Positions 20,040 through 29,978 of a DNA stretch of 64,000 bases are shown piece after piece. The notes beneath the pieces were generated by a model. That model was not told the origin of the DNA and made no database searches. It was given only the letters and a program-made list of their open reading frames with translations. The stretch lies in contig CAZVRU010000002.1 of assembly GCA_964629785.1 (NCBI GenBank), positions 34,861 through 98,860 on the forward strand. Direction: 5' to 3'. The stretch is from an uncultured Planctomycetia bacterium. Lineage in GTDB: Bacteria > Omnitrophota > Gorgyraeia > Duberdicusellales > 4484-171. The position numbers were made by a program, and so were the translations under genes. Every line of letters starts with the position of its first letter. The stretch's first letter is position 1.

Positions 20040-21190
20040 AAAAAGTAACGGTATTCGGTTCGACTGGTTCTATCGGAAAGAGCGCCCTGGAGATAATCGA
20101 CACCTGTCGCCGGGATTTCTCGGTACAGGGATTATGCGCCTACGGCAATGACCGCCTGCTTTTTCACCAGGTCAGAAAGTACCGGCCCCGTTATGTCTGC
20201 CTGGTAGATGAAAAAAAGGCTGCTGCCTTTAAAAAAACACTTCCCCCTCGAACAAGATTTTTCTCGGGATTGCAGGGTCTGGATGAGTTCGCCTCGATAG
20301 CCGCGGACATTGCGGTAATGGGTATTTCCGGGCTGGCCTGTCTCAGGCCTTTGATCGAGGCCATGAAGCATTCGCCGCGAATAGCCCTGGCCAATAAAGA
20401 AGCGCTTGTCTGCGCTGCACCGCTGGTAAAGAAACAGGCCCGACGCTATAACACGGAGCTTCTTCCCGTGGACAGCGAGATCAATGCCCTGTTTCAGTTA
20501 TTTCAGGTCGTTCCTCTGAAAGCAGTGAAAAAGATATGCCTTACCGCATCGGGCGGAGCTTTGTTCGATTATAACAACAAAGAGAGGAGGCGGGCCACGG
20601 TCAGGGACGTGCTGGCCCATCCTACCTGGCGAATGGGAAAGCGCATCACTGTAGACAGCGCGACTATGGTCAATAAGGGATTTGAAGTGGTAGAAGCCCA
20701 TGAGTTTTTCGAGCTTGCCTATGATCGTATCGATGTCATCATTCATCGTCAATCAATGGTCCATGCCCTGATCCAGGCAGTTGACGGGATCAGTTTCTGC
20801 TGTGTCTATGCCCCGGACATGAAAGTGCCGATCTCACACGCTCTTTATTACCCGCGGCGGACAGCCGATCCTGCCGGAAAACCGTTATTCAGACAGGCCG
20901 GAACTAATTACGATTTTCTGCCGGTAAATCAGAAAAAATTTCCTTTGCTCAGGGTGGTTTTAAAAGCGGCGCAGCGCCGCGACAATTCGCTGGTCGTGTT
21001 CAATGCCAGCGATGAAACGGCTATCGAAAGTTTTCTCAAAGGGCGCATTACCTTTTCGGCTCTGTCTGATATTATAATGCATATGATGGACCATTATAAA
21101 TCGGCCCCTATGGCCGGCCTGAAAGATATTTTGTACTGGGATTCCTGGGCCCGGCGGACAACAAAGGAGTATATCGAATGGAAATATTGA
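20036..21190 (+). CDS. dxr: 1-deoxy-D-xylulose 5-phosphate reductoisomerase
   Basis: FGSTGSIG, LANKE, PVDSE, LTASGG, HPTWRMG, DSATMVNKGFE. Start at ATG 20036. Confidence 0.92.
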   Translation: MKKVTVFGSTGSIGKSALEIIDTCRRDFSVQGLCAYGNDRLLFHQVRKYRPRYVCLVDEKKAAAFKKTLPPRTRFFSGLQGLDEFASIAADIAVMGISGLACLRPLIEAMKHSPRIALANKEALVCAAPLVKKQARRYNTELLPVDSEINALFQLFQVVPLKAVKKICLTASGGALFDYNNKERRRATVRDVLAHPTWRMGKRITVDSATMVNKGFEVVEAHEFFELAYDRIDVIIHRQSMVHALIQAVDGISFCCVYAPDMKVPISHALYYPRRTADPAGKPLFRQAGTNYDFLPVNQKKFPLLRVVLKAAQRRDNSLVVFNASDETAIESFLKGRITFSALSDIIMHMMDHYKSAPMAGLKDILYWDSWARRTTKEYIEWKY

Positions 21191-22449
21191 TATCCATAAT
21201 CAGTTTTCTTTTTTTATTGTCAGTGATCGTTCTTTCCCATGAATACGGTCATTTCCTGGCAGCCCGGCGGCAGGGCATCAGAGTGGAAAAATTCGCTTTC
21301 GGATTCGGGCCGCCTTTGCTGCGTTATCGCCTCAAGGAAACCGAACTTTTGATCTGTGCCCTGCCCCTGGGCGGGTACGTGAAGATGGCCGGAGATAACC
21401 GGGCCGAGATCTCGCGGCAGCCTGATGAGTTCTATTCCAAATCAATAGGCGCCAGGGCAGCGGTGGTGGTATCCGGGCCGCTGGCCAATTTTGTCCTGGC
21501 TGTTCTCATTTTCTGGCTGTTGTTTATTGCCGGCTATCCGGTTGCTCAGCCTTCGGTAGGCAGGGTCGCTGCCTATCAGCCGGTTGCCAGAAGCGAGTTG
21601 TCACCGGAAACAATCCAGTGTCTGGAAGAAAATCAGGCAGCAGCCAGCGATGAGCAGATGGTCTATCTGACGGTTTCCGGAGAAGATGAATTGAGGGAAA
21701 AGCTTTCTTCCTGTTCTCCAAATGAAGTTCAGGCGGTCATTGAATTATGCCGCAGCATACCTTATCCTGCCTATAGTGCCGGAGTCAGGGAAGGGGACCG
21801 GATCAGCGAAGTCAATGGGAAGGCAGTGCAGACCTGGGAATCGGCAGCGGCCTTGATACGGGAAAGCAGCGGCCAGACAGTTTTGACTATTTACCGGGAT
21901 AATGAGCGGCGGGTCATTGACGTCATTCCGGCCCAACGCCGTATAAAAGAGTTTGCCTGGCAGGTGAGACCGCCGTTTTTTACGATAGAGGAAAGACAGA
22001 TATCGTATATCGGTATAGAACCGAAGTATGAAGAAGTCAGGTTCAACCCTTTTACTGCCTTTGGGAAAAGCTTGAAAAAGGTCGGGGCCATAGTCGCGCT
22101 TTTGTTCAAGGGGATTTTGTTCACCATTGCCGGAGTAGTACCGTTCAAAGAAGCTTTTTCCGGCCCGGTAGGTATATTCAAGATCGGCGGAGAAGTTGCC
22201 AAGCTGGGGCTGATCCCCTTTTTCGATTTTATCGGCGTGCTCAGCGTAAGCCTGGGAGTGATCAATTTGTTTCCTTTGCCGGTACTTGACGGAGGACATC
22301 TGACGTTCATGGGGCTGGAAAAGGTGCGCGGCCGGCCGCTCAGCGAAAAATGGGAAAATATCATAACTAATGTCGGGTTGGGCCTTTTGATCGCGTTGAT
22401 GGTCCTGGTCCTTTACAACGATATAGTCCGGTTTATTTTAAAAAAATGA
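21178..22449 (+). CDS. rseP: RIP metalloprotease RseP (M50, PDZ)
   Basis: HEYGH, FGFG, PLGGYVKMAG, GPLAN, NLFPLPVLDGG. Confidence 0.94.
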   Translation: MEILISIISFLFLLSVIVLSHEYGHFLAARRQGIRVEKFAFGFGPPLLRYRLKETELLICALPLGGYVKMAGDNRAEISRQPDEFYSKSIGARAAVVVSGPLANFVLAVLIFWLLFIAGYPVAQPSVGRVAAYQPVARSELSPETIQCLEENQAAASDEQMVYLTVSGEDELREKLSSCSPNEVQAVIELCRSIPYPAYSAGVREGDRISEVNGKAVQTWESAAALIRESSGQTVLTIYRDNERRVIDVIPAQRRIKEFAWQVRPPFFTIEERQISYIGIEPKYEEVRFNPFTAFGKSLKKVGAIVALLFKGILFTIAGVVPFKEAFSGPVGIFKIGGEVAKLGLIPFFDFIGVLSVSLGVINLFPLPVLDGGHLTFMGLEKVRGRPLSEKWENIITNVGLGLLIALMVLVLYNDIVRFILKK

Positions 22450-23495
22450 AGACACGCCAGGTTAAAATAGGGACATTGGCAGTGGGCGGGAAAAATCCTG
22501 TCCGCATCAAAGGGATGCTTAAGACCTCCTGCTCCAGGATCTCTCTGCTGGTCAAAGAAGCGATCGCTCTGGAAAAGGCCGGAGCAGAAGCCCTGCGTCT
22601 GGCTTTTAAAGACGCGAGCGATGTACGGGCCCTGGCTGCTTTGAAAAAGAACCTGTCACTTCCCCTGGCAGCCGATATTCATTTCAATCCCCGTATGGCT
22701 TTGCTGGCCATAGAAGCAGGTTGCGACCAGATACGCCTTAATCCTCTGAATATCAAAAAAAAGGCTGAGATAAAGGCAATTCTTCGCCAGGCCCGCCAGG
22801 CCGGTGTTTCCATAAGAATCGGAGTAAATTCCGGCGGATTTTCCTGCCCCGGGAAGAACGAAACGTCTCTGGCCCGGGCCATGGTCAGAAAAGTAATTAA
22901 TTATATAAAGCTTTTTGAAGATGAGCATTTTTTTGATATAATGGTTTCCTTAAAGGCATCGAGTGTAACAACTACTGTGCTGGCCAACAGGCTTTTTGCC
23001 AGTCAGAGCAATTATCCAGTGCATCTCGGGGTGACCGCAAGCGGTCCTTTTTTAGAAGGAGTGATAAAATCGTCTCTGGGCCTCAGTATTTTGTTGTCTG
23101 AAGGCATCGGAGATATAATCCGCGTTTCACTTACCGCTCCGGGAAAAGAAGAAATTTACGTAGCCCAGGCTATTTTGCAGTTTTTAGGGATCAGGGATTT
23201 TTTTACCGAAATCATATCCTGTCCCACCTGCGGCCGCTGTCAGGTCCGTCTTATGGATATCGTAAAACAATTCAAAAAGGCAGTCGAAAAAGAGCCGCCG
23301 GGCAGCCTGCCCAAAACCATTGCTTTGATGGGATGCGTGGTCAACGGTCCGGGGGAAGCCAGCCAGGCCGATATCGGCGTAGCCTTTGGCAAAGACAAAG
23401 GAGCTATTTTTCGTAAAGGCAGGGTTATCGGCCAGACCAGACAGGAAACGGCAGTAACCGATCTGCTGAGGAAAGCGAAAGATGTTATTCAGTAA
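22446..23495 (+). CDS. ispG: 4-hydroxy-3-methylbut-2-en-1-yl diphosphate synthase (divergent)
   Basis: ADIHF, RIGVNSG, GIGDIIRVSL, SCPTCGR, MGCVVNGPGE; canonical gene position. Confidence 0.9.
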   Translation: MKTRQVKIGTLAVGGKNPVRIKGMLKTSCSRISLLVKEAIALEKAGAEALRLAFKDASDVRALAALKKNLSLPLAADIHFNPRMALLAIEAGCDQIRLNPLNIKKKAEIKAILRQARQAGVSIRIGVNSGGFSCPGKNETSLARAMVRKVINYIKLFEDEHFFDIMVSLKASSVTTTVLANRLFASQSNYPVHLGVTASGPFLEGVIKSSLGLSILLSEGIGDIIRVSLTAPGKEEIYVAQAILQFLGIRDFFTEIISCPTCGRCQVRLMDIVKQFKKAVEKEPPGSLPKTIALMGCVVNGPGEASQADIGVAFGKDKGAIFRKGRVIGQTRQETAVTDLLRKAKDVIQ

Positions 23496-24708
23496 AAATT
23501 TCATACCAACCTTGCGGGAAGATCCGGCGTCGGCAGAATGCGTCAGTCATCGAATGCTGTTGCGCGGCGCATATCTTTATATGCTTTCCAGCGGTATGTA
23601 TGCCTATTTGCCGCTGGGTCTGCGCGTGCTGGAAAATATCTGCGGGATCATCCGCAGGCAAATGAACGAAAAGAACGCAGTAGAGCTGCTGATGACGGCA
23701 CTTCAGCCTCTGGAATTGTGGCAGAAGACCGGCCGGGACAAGGTGCTGGCAGAGGTGATGTTCTCTTTTCAGGACCGGCGGGGCCGTTCTCTCTGTCTGG
23801 GGCCTACTCATGAGGAGGAAATGACCGAGATAGCCAGGCGCTATATAGCATCCTACAAACAACTGCCGGTAACTCTTTATCAGATCCAGACCAAATATCG
23901 CGACGAAGCCCGTCCCCGTTTCGGTCTGGTCCGCAGTTGCGAGTTTATAATGAAAGACGCCTACAGTTTCGATAAAGACGTAACAGGACTTGATGAGAAT
24001 TACGAAAAGATGCGGGATGCCTATATGAATATCTTCAGCGAATGCGGCCTGGATTTCGTCAGTATTGAGGCTGATTCCGGGGCCATGGGCGGCAATTTTT
24101 CCCATGAGTTCATGGTGCCGGCCGAGATCGGTGAGGACCTTCTTTTTTATTGCGCTTCCTGCAATCGGTATCATAAAGAAAAACAGACCTGTGCTGGCTG
24201 CGGCGGCCGGGGCGAAGAGAAGCGGATGATCGAAGTAGGCCATATTTTCAAATTAGGCACCAAATATTCTTCGGCTCAGGAAGCGTTTTTCCTTGACCGC
24301 AACGGTGCCCGGAAACCGCTGATCATGGGATGTTACGGTATAGGTGTCAGCCGGATAATGAGCGCGGTCGTGGAACAGAACCATGACGAAAAAGGAATAA
24401 TCTGGCCGGCGGCTCTGGCTCCTTATGACGTAATGGTGACGATTCTGGATGTGGAGAACGAAGATCTGTACAGGGAAGGACTGGTGCTTCATGATTTTCT
24501 TCAGCAGCAGGGATTCGAGACTCTGGTCGATGACCGGCATGAGCCGGCCGGAGTAAAGTTCAAGGACGCATATTTGATCGGTATTCCCTATATAGTTATT
24601 CTGGGTAAGAATTATCTCAAGACCAGGAAGATAGAGGTGGAGAACAGAAAAAGCGGTGAAAAGCAGGTAGTGAGCCGGGAAGAACTGGGATCGTTGTTAA
24701 GATCATGA
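23482..24708 (+). CDS. proS: Proline--tRNA ligase, short bacterial type without INS editing domain
   Basis: LGPTHEE, YRDEARPRFGL, EFIMKDAYSF, IEVGHIFKLGTKYS, MGCYGIGVSR; 408 aa. Confidence 0.95.
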   Translation: MLFSKNFIPTLREDPASAECVSHRMLLRGAYLYMLSSGMYAYLPLGLRVLENICGIIRRQMNEKNAVELLMTALQPLELWQKTGRDKVLAEVMFSFQDRRGRSLCLGPTHEEEMTEIARRYIASYKQLPVTLYQIQTKYRDEARPRFGLVRSCEFIMKDAYSFDKDVTGLDENYEKMRDAYMNIFSECGLDFVSIEADSGAMGGNFSHEFMVPAEIGEDLLFYCASCNRYHKEKQTCAGCGGRGEEKRMIEVGHIFKLGTKYSSAQEAFFLDRNGARKPLIMGCYGIGVSRIMSAVVEQNHDEKGIIWPAALAPYDVMVTILDVENEDLYREGLVLHDFLQQQGFETLVDDRHEPAGVKFKDAYLIGIPYIVILGKNYLKTRKIEVENRKSGEKQVVSREELGSLLRS

Positions 24709-25154
24709 TCAGGAAAGAGCAGGAACAGTGTCTGAGATCCGATGTGGAAAAGATCCTGCGGCAGGAAGAGATTTATCTATTCGAGCTCCGGGTTGTTCCC
24801 CGCGGCGCGGCTTTTCTGGTCCGGATCCGGGCCGATCATCTGTCCGGCGGGATAACTATCGATGAATGTGCCCGCTGCAACCGGATCATCCGTTTTTATC
24901 TGGAAGAAAAAGGATTTTTGGGACAGGATTTCGAGCTGGAAGTAAGTTCTCCCGGCCTGGATACGAAATTGAAGACGCCCTTTGATTTTCAGAGGGTCAG
25001 AGGCAAGACAGTCTCTCTCTGGCTTTCTGAACCGTGGCAGGGCAAAGATTATATAGAAGGCGTGGTTGAAAAAAACGATGAAAATTCGGTTACTCTGCAG
25101 GGGAAAGGGGATTTTTCCCTGGGGATGATCAAATGCGCGAAACAGAGGATGTGA
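24705..25154 (+). CDS. rimP: Ribosome maturation factor RimP
   Basis: GGITIDEC, LEVSSPGLD; upstream of nusA. Confidence 0.9.
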   Translation: MIRKEQEQCLRSDVEKILRQEEIYLFELRVVPRGAAFLVRIRADHLSGGITIDECARCNRIIRFYLEEKGFLGQDFELEVSSPGLDTKLKTPFDFQRVRGKTVSLWLSEPWQGKDYIEGVVEKNDENSVTLQGKGDFSLGMIKCAKQRM

Positions 25155-25155
25155 T

Positions 25156-26301
25156 ATGAATAAAGAGTTTATCAGTATGATCGAACAATTGGAACGGGAA
25201 AAAGGTCTTAATCGCGATGTGCTGATCGAAGCAGTTAAGCAGGCGTTGATCATTGCGGCTAAAAAGATCGCCAAGATGAATAATCCGGACATAGAAGATG
25301 CGGAGGTCGACGTGGAGATCGATATGCAGAAGGGAGACATCCGCGTGTTCACTGAAGGCAAGCCGGTAGTATCGAGAGAATTCGGACGGATAGCCGCCCA
25401 GACGGCGCGTCAGGTGATCATTCAGAAGATACGCGAGGCAGAGAAAGACAATGTCTATAACGAATACAAGGACAAGGTCGGTCAGATCGTGGGCGGGATA
25501 GTCTATCGTCTGGAAAAGAGAGGGGTCATCCTTGATCTTATGGGTAAAGCCGAGGGGATAGTCCCCAACAGTCTGCTTACTAACCAGGATAATTTCCGTA
25601 TGGGGGAAAGAGTGAAAGCCTATGTCCTGGAGGTGAAACGGGAACGGGGCGCCCAGATAATCCTTTCCCGTAAGCATGAAGGTCTGGTAAAGAAATTGTT
25701 CGAGCTGGAAGTGCCGGAGATCTATGACGGTATCGTGGAAGTGAAAAACATTGCCCGTGAACCAGGCGAAAGAACCAAGATCGCCGTGTTTTCCAAAGAC
25801 GATAAAGTGGATTGCGTGGGAGCCTGTGTAGGTATCCGCGGTTCGCGGGTCAAAAATATAATCGAGGAGCTGCGCGGGGAAAAGATCGATATTATCCGCT
25901 GGCATGAAGATATAAAAGAATTTATCAAAGCCAGTCTGGCTCCGGCAGTCGTTTCCAAAATAGAGATCGATCGTGATCTGAAGCGGGCCAAAGTCCTGGT
26001 GGCTCAGGACCAGCTTTCTCTGGCCATCGGTAGAAAAGGACAGAACGTGCGTCTGGCCTCTAAGCTGGTAGGCTGGGAGATCGATGTCCGGACCAAAGAA
26101 GCGATCGAACAAAGCCTGAAAGAAATAAGTACGTTGCACAGTGTCGGCGCCCGGACCGCGACCCTTCTGGTCAATGCCGGGCATTCGTCAATAAAGGAAT
26201 TAAGCACAGCCACTGAAGATGATCTGGCCAGGATCAAAGGGATCGGTTCGAAAAAAGCCGGTAAGATCATCGAAGAGGCCAAGAGTAAGGTAGAAGCATA
26301 A
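25156..26301 (+). CDS. nusA: Transcription termination/antitermination factor NusA
   Basis: FGRIAAQTARQVI, AREPGERTKIAV, GACVGIRGSR, LAIGRKGQNVRLA, C-terminal HhH. Confidence 0.97.
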   Translation: MNKEFISMIEQLEREKGLNRDVLIEAVKQALIIAAKKIAKMNNPDIEDAEVDVEIDMQKGDIRVFTEGKPVVSREFGRIAAQTARQVIIQKIREAEKDNVYNEYKDKVGQIVGGIVYRLEKRGVILDLMGKAEGIVPNSLLTNQDNFRMGERVKAYVLEVKRERGAQIILSRKHEGLVKKLFELEVPEIYDGIVEVKNIAREPGERTKIAVFSKDDKVDCVGACVGIRGSRVKNIIEELRGEKIDIIRWHEDIKEFIKASLAPAVVSKIEIDRDLKRAKVLVAQDQLSLAIGRKGQNVRLASKLVGWEIDVRTKEAIEQSLKEISTLHSVGARTATLLVNAGHSSIKELSTATEDDLARIKGIGSKKAGKIIEEAKSKVEA

Positions 26302-28211
26302 TGAGAATTTACGAATTAGCTAAAGAGCTTAATATGGATTCCAAAGCTTTGCTGAAAAGGCTGAAGGAATTGAATTTTCCGGTCAAGAGCCATATGTCGG
26401 TAGTTGACGAGGATACTGCCGAGATAATCAAACATGAGGTGGAAAATCTGGCTGAAAAAGAGATCGCAGAAAACGTGATCGAGGTCGATTTTCCGATCTC
26501 GCTTAAAGATCTGGCAGTGAAACTGGGGCAGAAACCTTCGGAAATAATGAAACAGCTGATGCATCAGGGCAAGTTCGTTACCATCAACCATTCTTTCGAT
26601 GAAAAGACCGCCCAGGAAATAGCCTACGGTTACAAGGTTAATCTTAAATCCCGTCCTTCAGCCGAAGAACAGGTTCTGCAGCAGGAAGGCGAGGAAGACG
26701 TCAGGAATCGCGCCCCGGTAGTTACGCTGATGGGACACATCGATCACGGAAAGACATCTATTCTGGATTATATACGTAAAAGTCGCATTACCACCAAAGA
26801 AGTCGGCGGGATAACCCAGCATATCGGAGCTTATCGCGTGGCCTGCGGAAAAAAAGGGGCGATCAGTTTTCTCGATACCCCCGGCCATGAAACGTTTACT
26901 GCCATGCGGGCCCGGGGAGCCGATGTGACCGATATTGTGGTGCTGGTGGTTGCTGCTGATGAAGGGGTAAAACCGCAGACTGAAGAAGCTTACAGCCATG
27001 CCAAAGCAGCTGAAGTGCCGATCATCGTAGCGATCAATAAGATCGACCGGCCCAATGCCGATATCGATATGGTCAAACAACAGTTATCCAAGCTGGGATT
27101 GGTACCCGAGGATTGGGGCGGTAAGACTATTACTGTGCCGGTATCGGCCAAAACCGGCGAAGGTATTGACGATTTGCTGGAAATGATACTTCTTCAGGCC
27201 GAGATAATGGACCTGAAAGCCGATTATTCGCGCCCGGCTCTGGGCATAGTGGTAGAAGCCCGGCTTTGCAAAGGGCGGGGGCCTCTGGCATCTGTGCTTA
27301 TTCAGTCAGGGACAATAAAGCCGGGGCAGATCTGCGTCTGCGGACTGCACTGGGGCCGGATCAAGGCCATGCATGACGACCACGGAGATCCGATTCAGGA
27401 GGCCGGTCCGGCTATGCCGGCAGAACTTCTGGGTCTGAACGGTGTTCCTTCTCCCGGTGATCAGTGTTTTGTGGTGCCGGACGAATCGCATGCCAAGGAA
27501 ATAGTCTCTGTCCGCCGGGAAAAAGAGGAAAAAGCCAGGCTGGCGCCGGTCTCCCATATGAAACTGGAAGATCTGTATAATAAGGTCCAGTCCCAGCAGG
27601 CCAAACAGCTTAAGATAATCCTTAAAGCCGACGTAGGAGGTACTCTGGAAGCTGTCGAGCAGGCTCTGGCCAAGATGGCTACCCAGGAAGTGGAACTTGA
27701 TATAGTACATAAAGGAGTAGGCGGCATAACTTCTTCCGACGTATTGCTGGCAGAGGTCAGCGACGCCATTATCGTGGGGTTTAAGGTCAGTGCCGATGCC
27801 GTGGTCAAGGATCTGGCAAAATCAAAAGACATCGAGATCCGGAGCTATCAGATAGTCTACGAGCTGCTTGACGACCTGAAACTGGCTCTGGAAGGGATGC
27901 TTTCTCCCGAATATAAAAAGATCTTTCTGGGAAGAGCAGTGGTCAGGAAGGTATTCAAACTTTCCCGGGGAGTTATCGCCGGCTGTGTGGTGGATAAAGG
28001 AAAGATAGTCAGGGATGCCAAGTTTCAGCTTCTGCGCGGCAACGAAGTCAAGTTTGAAAACAAATTAGCTTCGCTTAAGCGTTTCAAAGACGACGTGCGG
28101 GAAGTCGTGGAAGGGCAGGAGTGCGGTATCAGCCTTAATTACACCGATATCCAGGAAGGTGACACGATCGACGTTTTCTTAGAGGAAACAATAACACGAA
28201 AACTTAAATGA
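26301..28211 (+). CDS. infB: Translation initiation factor IF-2
   Basis: [37 protein letters not shown]. Confidence 0.97.
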   Translation: MRIYELAKELNMDSKALLKRLKELNFPVKSHMSVVDEDTAEIIKHEVENLAEKEIAENVIEVDFPISLKDLAVKLGQKPSEIMKQLMHQGKFVTINHSFDEKTAQEIAYGYKVNLKSRPSAEEQVLQQEGEEDVRNRAPVVTLMGHIDHGKTSILDYIRKSRITTKEVGGITQHIGAYRVACGKKGAISFLDTPGHETFTAMRARGADVTDIVVLVVAADEGVKPQTEEAYSHAKAAEVPIIVAINKIDRPNADIDMVKQQLSKLGLVPEDWGGKTITVPVSAKTGEGIDDLLEMILLQAEIMDLKADYSRPALGIVVEARLCKGRGPLASVLIQSGTIKPGQICVCGLHWGRIKAMHDDHGDPIQEAGPAMPAELLGLNGVPSPGDQCFVVPDESHAKEIVSVRREKEEKARLAPVSHMKLEDLYNKVQSQQAKQLKIILKADVGGTLEAVEQALAKMATQEVELDIVHKGVGGITSSDVLLAEVSDAIIVGFKVSADAVVKDLAKSKDIEIRSYQIVYELLDDLKLALEGMLSPEYKKIFLGRAVVRKVFKLSRGVIAGCVVDKGKIVRDAKFQLLRGNEVKFENKLASLKRFKDDVREVVEGQECGISLNYTDIQEGDTIDVFLEETITRKLK

Positions 28212-28243
28212 TCTTGCGGCTGGCGCGGCCGTAACAAAAAATT

Positions 28244-29242
28244 ATGGACCGTAAACGTATCTTAAGCGGGATGCGCCCTACCGGTAAACTTCACCTCGGG
28301 CACTGGCTGGGAGCTTTATCCAACTGGGTGGAATTGCAGGAGCAGTACCAGTGCTTTTTCATGGTTGCCGACTGGCACGCCTACATGAGTGAATATAAAA
28401 ATCTCAAAGGTATTTCGCCGGCCATTGTCGACAATGTAGCTGACTGGCTGGCCTGGGGTATCGATCCCCGAAAATCAGTCATTTTCATCCAATCGCAGGT
28501 GCCTCAGCACCTGGAACTGTTCATGATTTTTTCTCTGCTTACTCCCCTGGGCTGGCTGACCCGCTGTCCCACTTTCAAGGATCAGGTAAAACAGCTCAAG
28601 GAAAAAGAGATCAATACCTATGCTTTTCTGGGCTATCCGGTGCTCCAGGCCGCCGATATTCTTCTTTACGGGGCCGACTGTGTGCCGGTCGGTGAAGATC
28701 AGTTGCCTCATCTGGAGCTGACCCGCGAGATCGTGCGCCGTTTTCATTTTCTCTACGGTCCGGATGTTTTGACCGAGCCGCAGTCACTTTTGACCAGAGT
28801 GCCCAGGCTGTCGGGCCTGGACGGCAGGAAGATGAGCAAAAGTTACAATAATGCCATTGCTCTTGACGATGATGATGATTCGATCCGGCGGAAAATGATG
28901 AATATGTTCACTGATCCGCAGCGTTTGCGTAAAAACGACCCCGGCCATCCAAACGTCTGTAACGTCTATAGTTATTACAAAGTGTTTTTACCGGAAAAAA
29001 GCGAAGAAGCCTTTCACTGGTGCAGCAAAGCCGAGAAAGGGTGCAAAGAATGTAAATCAATGCTTGCCGATTCGATCATTGAATTGATCGGCCCGCGCCG
29101 CGCCGCCAAGAAAGGATTTTTAAAAGACAGTGATCATGTTTATAATATATTAGAGGAAGGAAGAAAAAAGGCTGCGGACTGCGCTGCGGCCACTCTGGCC
29201 CGGGTAAAAACGACAATGGGCCTGCCGGAAGCAGCGGCATAA
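28244..29242 (+). CDS. trpS: Tryptophan--tRNA ligase
   Basis: SGMRPTGKLHLGH, YPVLQAADIL, PVGEDQ, KMSKS. Confidence 0.96.
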   Translation: MDRKRILSGMRPTGKLHLGHWLGALSNWVELQEQYQCFFMVADWHAYMSEYKNLKGISPAIVDNVADWLAWGIDPRKSVIFIQSQVPQHLELFMIFSLLTPLGWLTRCPTFKDQVKQLKEKEINTYAFLGYPVLQAADILLYGADCVPVGEDQLPHLELTREIVRRFHFLYGPDVLTEPQSLLTRVPRLSGLDGRKMSKSYNNAIALDDDDDSIRRKMMNMFTDPQRLRKNDPGHPNVCNVYSYYKVFLPEKSEEAFHWCSKAEKGCKECKSMLADSIIELIGPRRAAKKGFLKDSDHVYNILEEGRKKAADCAAATLARVKTTMGLPEAAA

Positions 29243-29260
29243 GAACGGGAAGAAACGGTA

Positions 29261-29965
29261 ATGCGGGTACGCCTGAATATTTTCGAAGGACCTCTTGACC
29301 TTTTGCTGTATCTGATAAAGAAAAATCATCTTGATGTTTATGACATCCCGATCAGTCTGGTAGTCGAACAATATCTGGAATTCCTGGAGGTGATGGAGGT
29401 CCTGGACATAGATATCGCCTCGGAATATCTGGTTATCGCCGCCAATCTGGTTTCGATAAAATCTAAAATGCTGCTTCCTCCGGAAAAGAGCGAGGAGGAA
29501 CTGCAGGAAGATCCCCGCGAAGACCTGGTCAATAAGCTTCTGGAATATCAGAAGTTCAAAGAAGCAGCCGGTTTTCTCCGCGAGCGCGAACAGGACCGGA
29601 CTAAATATGTGTCCCGCCCTACAAGCGAAGGGCCGCAGGAAGTCTTTATCGAAGCTTCTATTTTCGATCTTATCACTGCTTTTAAATCGGCCCTTAAAGA
29701 GGTTCCCAAAGATATCTTTTTCGAGATCATCAAGGATGAGTTCACTATCGAGGAAAAGATCCATGATATTCTGCATGTGCTGGTCCGCCAGGAACGGATC
29801 GGCCTGAAAGATATATTCAGCAGAGCGAAAAACAAGCTGGAAATAATAGTTTCTTTTCTGGCGATACTGGAGTTGATCCGTCTGAGAGAGATCGTTGCGG
29901 TGCAGCACAGTTTGTTCGCCGAAGTGGAGATTATCCGCAGAAACAGCGTGTCGTCGGCAGTATAG
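29261..29965 (+). CDS. scpA: Segregation and condensation protein A (kleisin)
   Basis: FEGPLDLLLYLI, IKSKMLLP, FLAILEL. Confidence 0.93.
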   Translation: MRVRLNIFEGPLDLLLYLIKKNHLDVYDIPISLVVEQYLEFLEVMEVLDIDIASEYLVIAANLVSIKSKMLLPPEKSEEELQEDPREDLVNKLLEYQKFKEAAGFLREREQDRTKYVSRPTSEGPQEVFIEASIFDLITAFKSALKEVPKDIFFEIIKDEFTIEEKIHDILHVLVRQERIGLKDIFSRAKNKLEIIVSFLAILELIRLREIVAVQHSLFAEVEIIRRNSVSSAV

Positions 29966-29978
29966 GTACAGTCCGCTC

